DNA of 64,000 nt from Nitrososphaeria archaeon. Lineage in GTDB: Archaea > Thermoproteota > Nitrososphaeria > JACIWG01. The notes below the pieces were generated by a model that saw nothing but the letters and a program-made list of their open reading frames with translations, made no database searches and was not told the origin of the DNA. Every line of letters starts with the position of its first letter. Positions within the stretch are counted from its first letter, which is position 1. Of the stretch, positions 20,136 through 29,981 are shown one piece after another. Location of the stretch: positions 160,001 to 224,000 of the forward strand of contig CAVVXT010000012.1 in the NCBI GenBank assembly GCA_963752255.1, read 5' to 3'. The position numbers and the translations under genes were made by a program.

Positions 20136-22343
20136 CTATTTGGTTTCAGGCGCTTCACTCTTACTGCGTAGGACCACTACAGCTAATATCACTATAAGCA
20201 TAGACGAGATTATAACAGTCAAAATTACGTTCTGTCTAATTTGGATGATGATGGGCACAAAGAGTAAGCTTATCAGATTCATTACTTTAATCATTGGATT
20301 AAGTGCTGGTCCTGCCGTGTCCTTAAGGGGGTCACCTACGGTGTCTCCTATAATTGATGCTTTGTGTTCTTCCGAGCCTTTTCCTCCGTAGAATCCGTCC
20401 TCAATCTTCTTCTTCGCATTATCCCACGCTGCTCCCGTATTAGCCATAAACACTGCAAGAAGTTGTCCGACAAGGATAACTCCAGCTAAGAATGCTCCGA
20501 GAGCTAAATCTCCCAGCACCAGTCCTGCAAGGATTGGAGCTAGAATTCCAAGAAGAGCGAGACCAATTAGCTCCCTTTGTGCCGCTGACGTGACTATTGA
20601 CACGACCTTAGCATAATCAGGTAAAACCGTTCCTTCCATGACTCCGGGTATCTTGAACTGTTTTCTGACTTCTTCAATTATCTTTGAAGCGGTCCTTCCA
20701 ACAGCTCTTATACAAATTGAACTGAAGAGAAATGGTAAAGAACCGCCCACCAACAAGCCTACTAACACTATTGGACTAGTTATGTCGATTGTTATAAACT
20801 CACCAAGACCTACTGCTTCAGCGTATGATGCAAAAAGTGCTATCGCTGCAATTACTGCAGAAGCTATAGCGATAACCTTTGTAACAGCCTTTGTAGTATT
20901 GCCAGCTTGATCAAGGGCCGCTAGAGCGCTATTCGTCTTTTCATCCGCTCCGGCCATCTCAGCTAAACCCCCTGCATTGTCAACAATCGGACCGAACGTG
21001 TCCATTGAGATAGTGTTTCCTGTAAGCGTTAGCATTCCAATACCAGTTAACGCGACACCGTACATCACGAAGATCGCCCCAGCCCCAGTCCAGAATATCA
21101 CCGAAGCTACAACAGTGGCCGCTATGACCAGTAACACCCAGACGGTACTTTCAAATCCTAACGCCAGCCCGTTTAGCAGCAGCGGTGCCGCTCCTGTTTG
21201 AGCTGATCTGGCTATTTGATCCACAGGTTTTCTATCTGGGCTTGTGAAGTAGTTGGTTAACTTGTTAAAGCTTATGGCAAGCAGTATTCCGACTGCAGTC
21301 GAAAGAAAGACCCTCAAATCACCAACATAAAATTGCGCCAATATCAAAAAGCTTGCGCCCGATATGACTGATGATACATCATATGACAAGTCCATCGCTT
21401 TAAAGGCGTTCCCTTTTGTCAGACTGTCAGGCCATAGAGTAACCAGATAGGTTCCTACTATGGTACTAATAACACCTATTGCTCTTACCAGTAATGGAAA
21501 GATAATCCACTTAAATTCAAACGGTTTTATCGCGAGGCCAAGAAGCATCGTCGACACCATTGTTACTTCGTATGATTCAAAAATGTCAGCGGCCATTCCT
21601 GCACAGTCACCCACATTATCTCCAACTAGGTCGGCTACTACAGCAGCGTTTCTTGGATCGTCCTCAGGTATGCCTTTTTCGACCTTTCCTACCAAGTCTG
21701 CTCCAACGTCAGCAGCTTTTGTGTATATTCCTCCGCCTACTCTCATAAAGAGCGCTAAAAGTGTTCCGCCGAAGCCGAAACCTAATAGGACTTCCGGAGC
21801 GTTTTTAAGATAGATCAAGAATATAAAAGTCCCTCCAAGTAGCCCCAGCCCGTCAGTCAACATACCCGTGACTGTGCCTGATCGATATGCGACCTTCAAC
21901 GAATCTTTAAAGCTCTTCCCCGCGGCAACAGCTGTTCTTATATTTCCTTGCACAGCTATGTTCATGCCCAAGAATCCTACCATCGCTGAAAAGAAGGCGC
22001 CCATCAAGAAAGCAGCTGCTCTGCCAAGAGATATTGAAAAAGGCCAACCCGCTAGAGCCGCGGACAGATACAAAAAAATCGCTAAAACACCTATTAGTAA
22101 GATTATTGACTTAAATTGCCTTCGCAGGTAAGCGTTAGCCCCCTGTTTTACACCATTCCAGACTTCAAGAATTTTGCCAGAGCCTTTAGACTGCTTTAAA
22201 ACCTGCCTTGAGAGGAGGAACGCATACAATAATGCGCCGAGGGCAACGATTATTATTGTGTAAAGTGCTGTCTGTTCAAACGGTGAAGGTACTTGAGACA
22301 TACGATCCCAGACAGAGCTGAGAAAAAAGGGATATTTATACAT
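20136..22343 (-). CDS. hppA: Membrane-bound H+-translocating pyrophosphatase (start probably ATG 22302)
   Basis: GGGIYTKAADVGADLVGKVE, EDDPRN, DNVGD, GNTTKA, GDTVGDPLKDTAGP. Confidence 0.96.
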   Translation of the reverse strand: MYKYPFFLSSVWDRMSQVPSPFEQTALYTIIIVALGALLYAFLLSRQVLKQSKGSGKILEVWNGVKQGANAYLRRQFKSIILLIGVLAIFLYLSAALAGWPFSISLGRAAAFLMGAFFSAMVGFLGMNIAVQGNIRTAVAAGKSFKDSLKVAYRSGTVTGMLTDGLGLLGGTFIFLIYLKNAPEVLLGFGFGGTLLALFMRVGGGIYTKAADVGADLVGKVEKGIPEDDPRNAAVVADLVGDNVGDCAGMAADIFESYEVTMVSTMLLGLAIKPFEFKWIIFPLLVRAIGVISTIVGTYLVTLWPDSLTKGNAFKAMDLSYDVSSVISGASFLILAQFYVGDLRVFLSTAVGILLAISFNKLTNYFTSPDRKPVDQIARSAQTGAAPLLLNGLALGFESTVWVLLVIAATVVASVIFWTGAGAIFVMYGVALTGIGMLTLTGNTISMDTFGPIVDNAGGLAEMAGADEKTNSALAALDQAGNTTKAVTKVIAIASAVIAAIALFASYAEAVGLGEFITIDITSPIVLVGLLVGGSLPFLFSSICIRAVGRTASKIIEEVRKQFKIPGVMEGTVLPDYAKVVSIVTSAAQRELIGLALLGILAPILAGLVLGDLALGAFLAGVILVGQLLAVFMANTGAAWDNAKKKIEDGFYGGKGSEEHKASIIGDTVGDPLKDTAGPALNPMIKVMNLISLLFVPIIIQIRQNVILTVIISSMLIVILAVVVLRSKSEAPETK

Positions 22344-22412
22344 ATAATACTTGTATAGTAGAAAAAAATCCTCTATAATATTACAATTCTAACCAATTTC
22401 TCCTAGGCGGTT

Positions 22413-23372
22413 CTATAAATCTATATTCGCCCTTTTCTTTAAAAATATACGAACATCATCCATATTGGGCAGACCACCTCTTGTTCCATGAGTCGCAACC
22501 TTAATGGCAGCAGCCGAGCTTCCCAACATGATCGCCTTGTCCAATGCGATTCCTTTAACTATCCCGCATATAAAACCTGCTACGAATACATCGCCAGCAC
22601 CTGAAGTGTCCACGGCTTCAGCTTGAAAAACTGGGATAACAGATTTTTTGCCGTGATCAAATAAATGGTATTGTCGTTCTTTTCTTATTACAATAATTGA
22701 GGGACCTAACGCAAGAATATTTTCTATTGTTCCAGTTATATCTTTACCACCAGCTATCAGATAGGCTTCTTTTGAAGTTGAGAGAAAGACGTCTGTATAA
22801 CCTAAAACTCTTCTTTGGACTTCTCGGAATTCTTCCATCGTATTCCAGAGAGATTCTCTTGTGTTCGGATCATAAGAAACTTTAACCCCATTTCTTCTAG
22901 CGGTCTCCAAGATTCTAATCACAGTCTCACGAGTCTTATTCTTTCTTAACATAGCCTCTGAGAAATGGAGCATTTTTGTACGTGATAAATATTCTTCTTT
23001 AATGTCATCTGGCGATAGCATTGTTTCCGGATCTGAAAATCCCGGAAATCTATAAAAGATGTAATGACGCTCTCCTTTTTCGTCAACATTGTAGAAAGCT
23101 ATTCCCGTAGCAAGCTTTTCAACTTTTTTAACGCATGAGACATCAACCCCTTCTTTTCTGAAATCCTTGAGAATAAAGGTTCCAAATTCGTCGTCGCCGA
23201 CGCACCCTAAGAAACCGGTTTTCAAACCGAGCCTTGAAGCAGCGACTAATATATTTGAAACAGATCCTCCAGCATACGGAATGAAAGATTTAACTCCGCT
23301 TAATGGGACACCAGTGTTTGAAGGAGCGAAGTCTATGATTGCAGACCCGAGACCTACAAGATCTAAGCTCAT
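22413..23372 (-). CDS. PfkB family carbohydrate kinase
   Basis: AGGSVSN, GCVGDDEFG, YDPN, VDTSGAGDVF. Confidence 0.92.
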   Translation of the reverse strand: MSLDLVGLGSAIIDFAPSNTGVPLSGVKSFIPYAGGSVSNILVAASRLGLKTGFLGCVGDDEFGTFILKDFRKEGVDVSCVKKVEKLATGIAFYNVDEKGERHYIFYRFPGFSDPETMLSPDDIKEEYLSRTKMLHFSEAMLRKNKTRETVIRILETARRNGVKVSYDPNTRESLWNTMEEFREVQRRVLGYTDVFLSTSKEAYLIAGGKDITGTIENILALGPSIIVIRKERQYHLFDHGKKSVIPVFQAEAVDTSGAGDVFVAGFICGIVKGIALDKAIMLGSSAAAIKVATHGTRGGLPNMDDVRIFLKKRANIDL

Positions 23373-23519
23373 GCTTTAAAGTTTATACAGATACTGCTTA
23401 ATAAACAAAAAATTTGCCAATTATACAAATAAAGGTTTATTTTAGAAAACTCTTCAGCGGCTCCGTAGATAATATAGCAAAAAAATTATTGATATTGAAA
23501 AACTTTTTCTAAACAAACG

Positions 23520-26093
23520 TTGACACCTTATTGCCAATTGCCTTTAATCAAGTGCCCCATATGCAGGGATGATCTTAGCGTAGATAGCGGTAGCGATGAT
23601 AATACCATATTGTTCTGTCCAAAATGCTGCTATTTTTTTAAGAGCAAGGAAAAAAGAATCGAGAAAGCTTACCTCAAGCTTCTTGTAGAATATGATAAGA
23701 AAGGTTCCCAAATAAAGGAAATATTTAAGCCAACAGAAGACGAAGCAATCGTCAGAAATATAGAAGGCATCAGAAATGAAGTAGAGAAATTTGGGATAAA
23801 ATTCGATGATTTGAAACCTACAATACGGAACCTGTTGGAAGATAAAAAAGGATATGTTGTGAATTACAGGTTCTTCCCCGAGCAAACACCCGAGGATGGA
23901 CCGAAAGTAACCGACATTATTCAAGGGAGGTACAGTCATTGGTTAGAGGTGAATATTTTTAAAAGGTTCTTTAAATTCCAAGCCGAAGCCATTGGAGAAA
24001 TTTTGGATGGAAGAAACGTCGTTCTCGTTGCCCCAACGGGAAGCGGTAAGACGGAAGCATTTGCGATACCTGCTCTCATTAAGACTAGGGAACGTGCAGA
24101 TAAAATTGGTTCAATGAATACAGATAAACAAAAAACTTTTGCTTTGCTAATCTATCCTACCAAGGCTTTAGCGCACGATCAGAAGCCTAGAATAGAGAAA
24201 CTGGCGGAAGGACTGGGGTTGATCGTAGGGGTTTTTGATGGCGATACAAAAAAAGAAGAAAGAGAAAGACTCTACGATCATCCTCCCGATATCTTGATAA
24301 CCAATTTTGACATAATACATATTCATCTATTACTAAACACCAGATTTTCCGGGCTCTTTAAGACAGCAAAAATGATCGTTGTAGATGAAGTTCATAATTA
24401 TATCGGAAGCTTCGGATCCCATATTCATTATATAGTAAGAAGACTTGAGAGATTCACAGGACCCCTTCAGATAATAGCATCATCCGCAACTGTTTATAAC
24501 CCAAAGGAATTTTGCGAAACACTTTTTCACAGAAGATTTAGTGTCGTCGAAGAAGTTGAGGGTAAACATGGGCAGACGCATTTCCTAATAATTTATCCGT
24601 CCATCGTATCTGGAATAGTTTTAAGAGTTAATGCTCTAAAACTGATGACGCGTGACAAGTTTAAGGTTTTATCCTTCTCCAACGGCCACCTGGATGCTGA
24701 ACTACTCCTGCGATATGCCAGGAAAGAAGGAGTCAACGTTGAGATACATAGAGCGGGTCTAACAAAAGAGTTCAGGGAAAGTGTTGAAAAAAGATTCAAA
24801 GAGGGGAATACAAACGCAATTATTTCAACGCCCACCCTTGAGCTTGGGATAGATATAGGTCACGTCGATGCGATTATTTCAGATTTAGTCAATGTTACCA
24901 AGCTGACACAGAGGGCAGGAAGAGCTGGTAGAAGAGGACAGGAAAGTATAATCCTGTTGGTTCTCAGGGAAGACGATCCGATCAGCTCATACTATAGAAA
25001 TCATCCTGACGAATATTTTGCCGACATTTCTGCATGTTATGTTGATCCACTGAATCCTCTTGTGAAAGAAAAACAAATTCTATCGGCGATATGTGATGGA
25101 GCACTAGGATCCGACGAAGAATTATACGAGGTCGATATCGTCAACAAGCTGGAGTCAGATGGTAAGGTTTTAACTAGCAGAGGGCACACCTATCCAACTA
25201 AAGAAGGGAAAAAGGAAGCCTTAGGTGCCAACATTAGGGGAGCTGGGGGGTCAATAGAAATCTTTTGCAACGGTCAGAACATAGGCTTCAGAGAAACAGC
25301 TGTTGGAATTACTGAGCTGCATCCTAACGCTATATATCTACACGGTGGCGAAAACTATCTGAGCAAAGAACTCAAACATGTGGGGGAAAAATGGTTCGCA
25401 AATCTGGAGAAACTGCCAAGAGGCTACCCCTATTACACGAAGTCTCTTGGAACTGTTATGCCCACTGTCACAAATATTAATGAAACAAGACAGGTTTATG
25501 GGTTAAAGGTTTCATTCTGCGACCTTAAGATTAACAAGATAGTATATGGCTACATCCAGAACAAAATAGGTGAAAAAGGAAAACGAGAACAGATACTTTT
25601 AGAGATGCCGATAGAATACGAATATGAGACCAAAGGTTTTGTGTTTAAAGCACCGGTACCTTTGAATTTTAGAAAAAAGTCGAAAGAAGAACCTTCAGTC
25701 GATGAAGACTTTTTAGCAAGTAGCTATCACGCAACAGAACACGTGATAATAGAAGGATCTAACATGATAACTGGAGGTGGAGCGAACGACATGGGCGGAG
25801 TTTCAATGGGAGCTACGGGTATGATCTTCGTTTACGATGGATCAGAAGGAGGAAATGGAGCCTCAAAGCTCCTGTACGATAGATTAGAGGACGCTTTTAG
25901 AAGAGGAAAGAAGATTCTGGAAGAATGTACGTGCACAAATGAAAGTGGATGTCCTAAGTGCACATATTCATACCAATGCGGCAACAACAATAAAATGTTA
26001 CATAAACTCGGCGCTCTAGAAGTGTTTGAAAGAACATTGTCTAAAGAGACTAGTGAACTGGACTTCAATCTACATGACAAAACTATTGTTTAG
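23520..26093 (+). CDS. SF2 helicase with C-terminal DUF1998 Zn site (Hrq/SftH/MrfA family) and N-terminal Zn ribbon
   Basis: APTGSGKT, DEVH, SAT, TLELGIDIG, QRAGRAGRRG, C-terminal CTC..GCPKC..C; N-terminal CPIC/CPKC. Confidence 0.93.
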   Translation: MTPYCQLPLIKCPICRDDLSVDSGSDDNTILFCPKCCYFFKSKEKRIEKAYLKLLVEYDKKGSQIKEIFKPTEDEAIVRNIEGIRNEVEKFGIKFDDLKPTIRNLLEDKKGYVVNYRFFPEQTPEDGPKVTDIIQGRYSHWLEVNIFKRFFKFQAEAIGEILDGRNVVLVAPTGSGKTEAFAIPALIKTRERADKIGSMNTDKQKTFALLIYPTKALAHDQKPRIEKLAEGLGLIVGVFDGDTKKEERERLYDHPPDILITNFDIIHIHLLLNTRFSGLFKTAKMIVVDEVHNYIGSFGSHIHYIVRRLERFTGPLQIIASSATVYNPKEFCETLFHRRFSVVEEVEGKHGQTHFLIIYPSIVSGIVLRVNALKLMTRDKFKVLSFSNGHLDAELLLRYARKEGVNVEIHRAGLTKEFRESVEKRFKEGNTNAIISTPTLELGIDIGHVDAIISDLVNVTKLTQRAGRAGRRGQESIILLVLREDDPISSYYRNHPDEYFADISACYVDPLNPLVKEKQILSAICDGALGSDEELYEVDIVNKLESDGKVLTSRGHTYPTKEGKKEALGANIRGAGGSIEIFCNGQNIGFRETAVGITELHPNAIYLHGGENYLSKELKHVGEKWFANLEKLPRGYPYYTKSLGTVMPTVTNINETRQVYGLKVSFCDLKINKIVYGYIQNKIGEKGKREQILLEMPIEYEYETKGFVFKAPVPLNFRKKSKEEPSVDEDFLASSYHATEHVIIEGSNMITGGGANDMGGVSMGATGMIFVYDGSEGGNGASKLLYDRLEDAFRRGKKILEECTCTNESGCPKCTYSYQCGNNNKMLHKLGALEVFERTLSKETSELDFNLHDKTIV

Positions 26094-26212
26094 AAAAAAA
26101 TTCGCTACACTTAAGACGGAAGTCTACGTCATTTCCACATAGCTCGCGTACGGATTACAAGATATGATTTTAAAATCAGAGAATATTTAAGAACAAAGAA
26201 TGTATTATTTCG

Positions 26213-26917
26213 TTGGCGAGGCAAAAAGGGTTGAGCAGAACCATAGAACACTTGAAGAACAATTTCACCTTGATATCAAGCCTTAATACGAACAGCGCAG
26301 CACTTGCGATTGCCTCAGAGGAAGCGGGAGTAGATGCTATTGAAGTTCATTTAAACATTGAGGACGCCGCTTCAACCGTTAGATTTGGCGGAATAGATCT
26401 CGAAGAGACGGCAATCAGGGAGATAATCGGTTCAGTAAAGATACCTGTCGGAGTCTGGATAGGGGAAATGCCTATGGTAAATAAAGATGAATGGGAAAAA
26501 ATTGTCGGTACGGGATTAGATTATGTCAAGATGTTAGCTCATCACATGCCCTCGTATGTCCATAATGATGAGAGGCTTAGGAAAATCGTTTCAGTCGGTA
26601 GCGGCTATGTTACAGAATTAATTGAGATACTATCCCATGATAACAAAGTAAGTGTCATTGAAGCCTCGATCATGACACCGCAAGTATTCAGATTACCCTT
26701 GACCCTTTACGACCTATCTAACTATACACTCATTAGAAAGTTATCTTCAAAACCTGTAATCGTACCCTCACAGAAATATATTGAGCCAGCAGACCTGAAG
26801 ATACTCAAAAAGATCGGAATCGAAGGAATTGTCGTAAACAGCATAGTTACAGGCACCACGCCATTAAGTTATAGGGAACTGATACCTGAATATAGGAACG
26901 CTGTAAACGAACTTTAA
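26213..26917 (+). CDS. Uncharacterised TIM-barrel-like protein
   Basis: Alternating beta/alpha pattern (AGVDAIEVHLN, IPVGVW, KPVIVPSQK, GIEGIVV). Confidence 0.75.
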   Translation: MARQKGLSRTIEHLKNNFTLISSLNTNSAALAIASEEAGVDAIEVHLNIEDAASTVRFGGIDLEETAIREIIGSVKIPVGVWIGEMPMVNKDEWEKIVGTGLDYVKMLAHHMPSYVHNDERLRKIVSVGSGYVTELIEILSHDNKVSVIEASIMTPQVFRLPLTLYDLSNYTLIRKLSSKPVIVPSQKYIEPADLKILKKIGIEGIVVNSIVTGTTPLSYRELIPEYRNAVNEL

Positions 26918-26995
26918 AAAAATGAACGACAAAAGCAGTATCAGGGGGTTTAAGAAACTATAAAAAAGGCAGAGTAGTAGATATTAAGATAATTT

Positions 26996-28307
26996 ATGAC
27001 AAGGAAAGCTATCATTCTTGGTGCAGCGGGAAGAGATTTTCACAACTTCAACTTTTACTTCAGAAATAACAAGCAATACAGAGTGATAGCTTTTACGGCG
27101 ACACAAATACCTTACATTTCTAACCGAAGGTATCCTCCAAGTGTATCAGGAAAGAGATATCCAAGAGGCATACCCATATACGATGAAGAAAAAATGGCCG
27201 ACCTTATCGAAAGGAAGCAGATATGCGATGTATTTTTTTCTTACAGTGACGTTTCCCACGAACATGTAATGCACATCGCATCAGAAGCTTTGGCAAAAGG
27301 AGCATCATTCCATCTTCTTGGACCAAAGGACACGATGTTAAAATCAAAGAAAAAGGTGATTTCTGTAGTAGCAACTAGAACAGGTTCAGGTAAAAGCACT
27401 ATTTCTAGATATATTGCATCCGTTATAAAATCGGTCAGAAAAAAACCTGTTGTAGTGAGGCACCCTATGCCATACGGCGACTTGGAGGCGATAGTACAAA
27501 GGTTTGAGAGGTTTGAAGACTTCGAAAAATATAATGTCACAATTGAAGAAAGGGAAGAATACGAACAGCATATGGACGAGGGAACAATAGTTTTTGCTGG
27601 CATAGACTACTATAGGATTTTAAAAGTTGCAGAAAAGGAGGGAGATGTCATTATTTGGGACGGCGGCAACAACGATATGCCCTTCTATTATCCTACTTTG
27701 AATATATGCGTGGCAGATCCTCTAAGGGTGGATGATGCACTTACAAGTTACCCCGGGGAAGTCAACTTAAGGTCAGCCGACGTAATAGCAATAAATAAAG
27801 TAAATGCTTCACCAAAGGCAAAAGTAGAAAGACTTGAAGAAATATGTAGAAGAGAAAATCCCACAGCCATGATCGTTAAAACTTCTTCAGAAGTCAGACT
27901 TGATAGACCTGAACTAGTTGAAGGGAAGAAGGTTCTAGTAATCGAAGACGGACCCACTGTAAGCTCATGGCGGCCTACCCGAAGCCGCAGGCGCCTTCAT
28001 TTCAAGAAAATATGGAGCTACTCTTGTAAACCCCAAAAAAAGCGCTGTCGGCACAATCAAGCAAGCTTACCTTAATTTTAGTCATATTGGAACCGTTCTA
28101 CCGGCTTTAGGATATAGTAGGCAACAGTTGAAGGATCTCGAAGAAACTATATCAAGAATCGAATGTGATGCCGTAGTGTTGGGAACACCGTCAACCCTCT
28201 CCCGCGTAGTTAAGATAATTCAGCCCGTAGCAAGAGTCCACTTTGAAGCAAAAGAAGTTGACGGCAACAAACTGAGAGAAAAGTTAATTAATATTTTAAA
28301 AAACTAA
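26996..28307 (+). CDS. COG2403 P-loop protein (cyclic-DPG-synthetase-like / arginine synthetase ArcE homolog), frameshift near 27961
   Basis: GAAGRDFHNFN, TRTGSGKS, RHPMPYG, IEEREEYE, WDGGNND, EDGPT; the shifted frame continues HGG..AG..LPALGY..QLKDLEETI..GTP to TAA 28305-28307. Confidence 0.88.
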
Positions 28308-28315
28308 AAGAAGAG

Positions 28316-28590
28316 ATGGAAAAAATCTTCTCAGCGAAAAGACCAGTACAAGAAAAGGAAGGATGTATCATATAAGAGTAGCCCCAAAGGAAATTGGAAG
28401 ATATATTCTTCTTACAGGAGATCCTGACAGAGTAAAGATCATAGTCGAATATCTTGATAACTCTCAAATTATTAGCGAACATAGGGAGTTCACTGTTCAT
28501 AATGGCTACGTTGAAGGTGAACTCTTACAAAGAAGAATCTTCGAAGGTTCAGTGGAGTCTATAGGGCGTTTAATTAGGGAAAATCTTTAA
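28316..28590 (+). pseudogene. Truncated uridine/nucleoside phosphorylase
   Basis: MEKIFSAKRP..(shift)..MYHI..YILLTGDPDRV..HREF is the N-terminus of the udp family; similarity stops after about 70 aa and the ORF runs into the apgM stop. Confidence 0.75.
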
Positions 28591-29861
28591 CGATCATTTT
28601 TTGCCAGCAAAGATTTAGCTAAGCTCAGCAGAGTGCTGCCTTCTATAGTGCCGTAACTTCCTCTCGAGCAGTCTCTCTCCGTAAACCTACAAATCTTTTC
28701 ATACTTGGGATCCGATGATGCTAAGATAAAAGGAACCGGATCGTCGCTGTGACCTTTTAGGACACAGGGTGTAGCATGATCCGAAGAAACTATTAGCAAG
28801 GTTTCTCCAAGATTAAGTTTATTCTTCAACACTCCGAAAAAATTCTGGTCTATGGCTTCAATAACTTTCTTCTTTGCCGCGTAGTCACCGTCGTGACCAG
28901 GCTCATCAGGTCCCTTGAGATGAACGTAAACTAGACCGTATTCGTTTAATAGCTCCAGAGACTTTTCAGCCTTGACACCGAAATCGGATGGTGAACCAAT
29001 TGAGAGGACATCTGCTTTCAATGTCTTAGCTATTCCTATTTCAACGGGCATGTCAGCGACAATCACAGATTTAAGCCCATAGTATTCCTCAAGCGATCTA
29101 AACCGTGGAAAAGAGCTTCCAGCATCTCTCAGCAATATCATATTAGCTGCAAGTTTTCCTTCCATACGCCGTTTTTCGTTAAGTTCATTACCATTTAGCA
29201 CATTGAAGACCCTGTCGGTAAATTCGTTGACGAGGTCAGCTGAAACCTTCGCTTCTTTGATATTTTTCAGAGGCTCGCACTTAGCCACTCTAAGATCCTT
29301 GGTTGATGGAACCACTACGCCCATACCATGAACTTTTGCATAAGCTGGATCAGTGTTGGAGATCTCATCTGAAAGCTTAATATCGTCTGCTTTAAATAAA
29401 ACGACACATCTATGACCTATTGTTGACCTAACAATTACGTGCTTTTTGGGATCAGAAAGTTTAACTTCATTATTTATGATTTTAGACAGAGCATGAGATT
29501 CTTCTGATGAAAGAGAACGTGCGACTCTCCTATCAATTATTCTAAAATCATCTCCTATCGTAGCAAAGTTTCCCCTTAACGCAAGATCTCCGTCTTTAAA
29601 ATCAAGACCACATCCAAGTGCTTCAACCACCCCCCTGCCAACGTAGCCTTCATTAACCTTGTAGCCAAGCATGCTATAAACTGCAATATCCGATTCAGGT
29701 GCGATTCCCTTGCCTACTGTATATACCAAGCCACCAACGGACTTTCTTGCAAAGAAGTCTAGGTTCGGTGTTGAAGCGGATTCCAACGTTGTAGTATAAT
29801 TAAGTTGGGGAATAGGCCTATCACCTACGCCGTCCAATATCACAAATAGAATATTTTTCAT
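28587..29861 (-). CDS. apgM: 2,3-bisphosphoglycerate-independent phosphoglycerate mutase (archaeal type)
   Basis: ILDGVGDRP, TPNLD, APESD, GRGVVEALG, HLKGPDEPGHDG, SDHATP, GHSDDPVP. Confidence 0.94.
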   Translation of the reverse strand: MKNILFVILDGVGDRPIPQLNYTTTLESASTPNLDFFARKSVGGLVYTVGKGIAPESDIAVYSMLGYKVNEGYVGRGVVEALGCGLDFKDGDLALRGNFATIGDDFRIIDRRVARSLSSEESHALSKIINNEVKLSDPKKHVIVRSTIGHRCVVLFKADDIKLSDEISNTDPAYAKVHGMGVVVPSTKDLRVAKCEPLKNIKEAKVSADLVNEFTDRVFNVLNGNELNEKRRMEGKLAANMILLRDAGSSFPRFRSLEEYYGLKSVIVADMPVEIGIAKTLKADVLSIGSPSDFGVKAEKSLELLNEYGLVYVHLKGPDEPGHDGDYAAKKKVIEAIDQNFFGVLKNKLNLGETLLIVSSDHATPCVLKGHSDDPVPFILASSDPKYEKICRFTERDCSRGSYGTIEGSTLLSLAKSLLAKNDR

Positions 29862-29981
29862 GCGACTGTCGTCCCCGCCTATCGACAGCTTCCAAAATAA
29901 ATCTTTTAAGCTTTAATACTCACAAATAATGTGCTATGCTAAAACTTATCTTATAAAAACTGTTTTTGTTTAGGAAGTCCC

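Noticed and set aside
23520-26093. DUF1998 helicase as part of a DISARM or Druantia defence system
   Set aside because: Single Hrq/SftH-type polypeptide with no methylase, PLD nuclease or other defence neighbours
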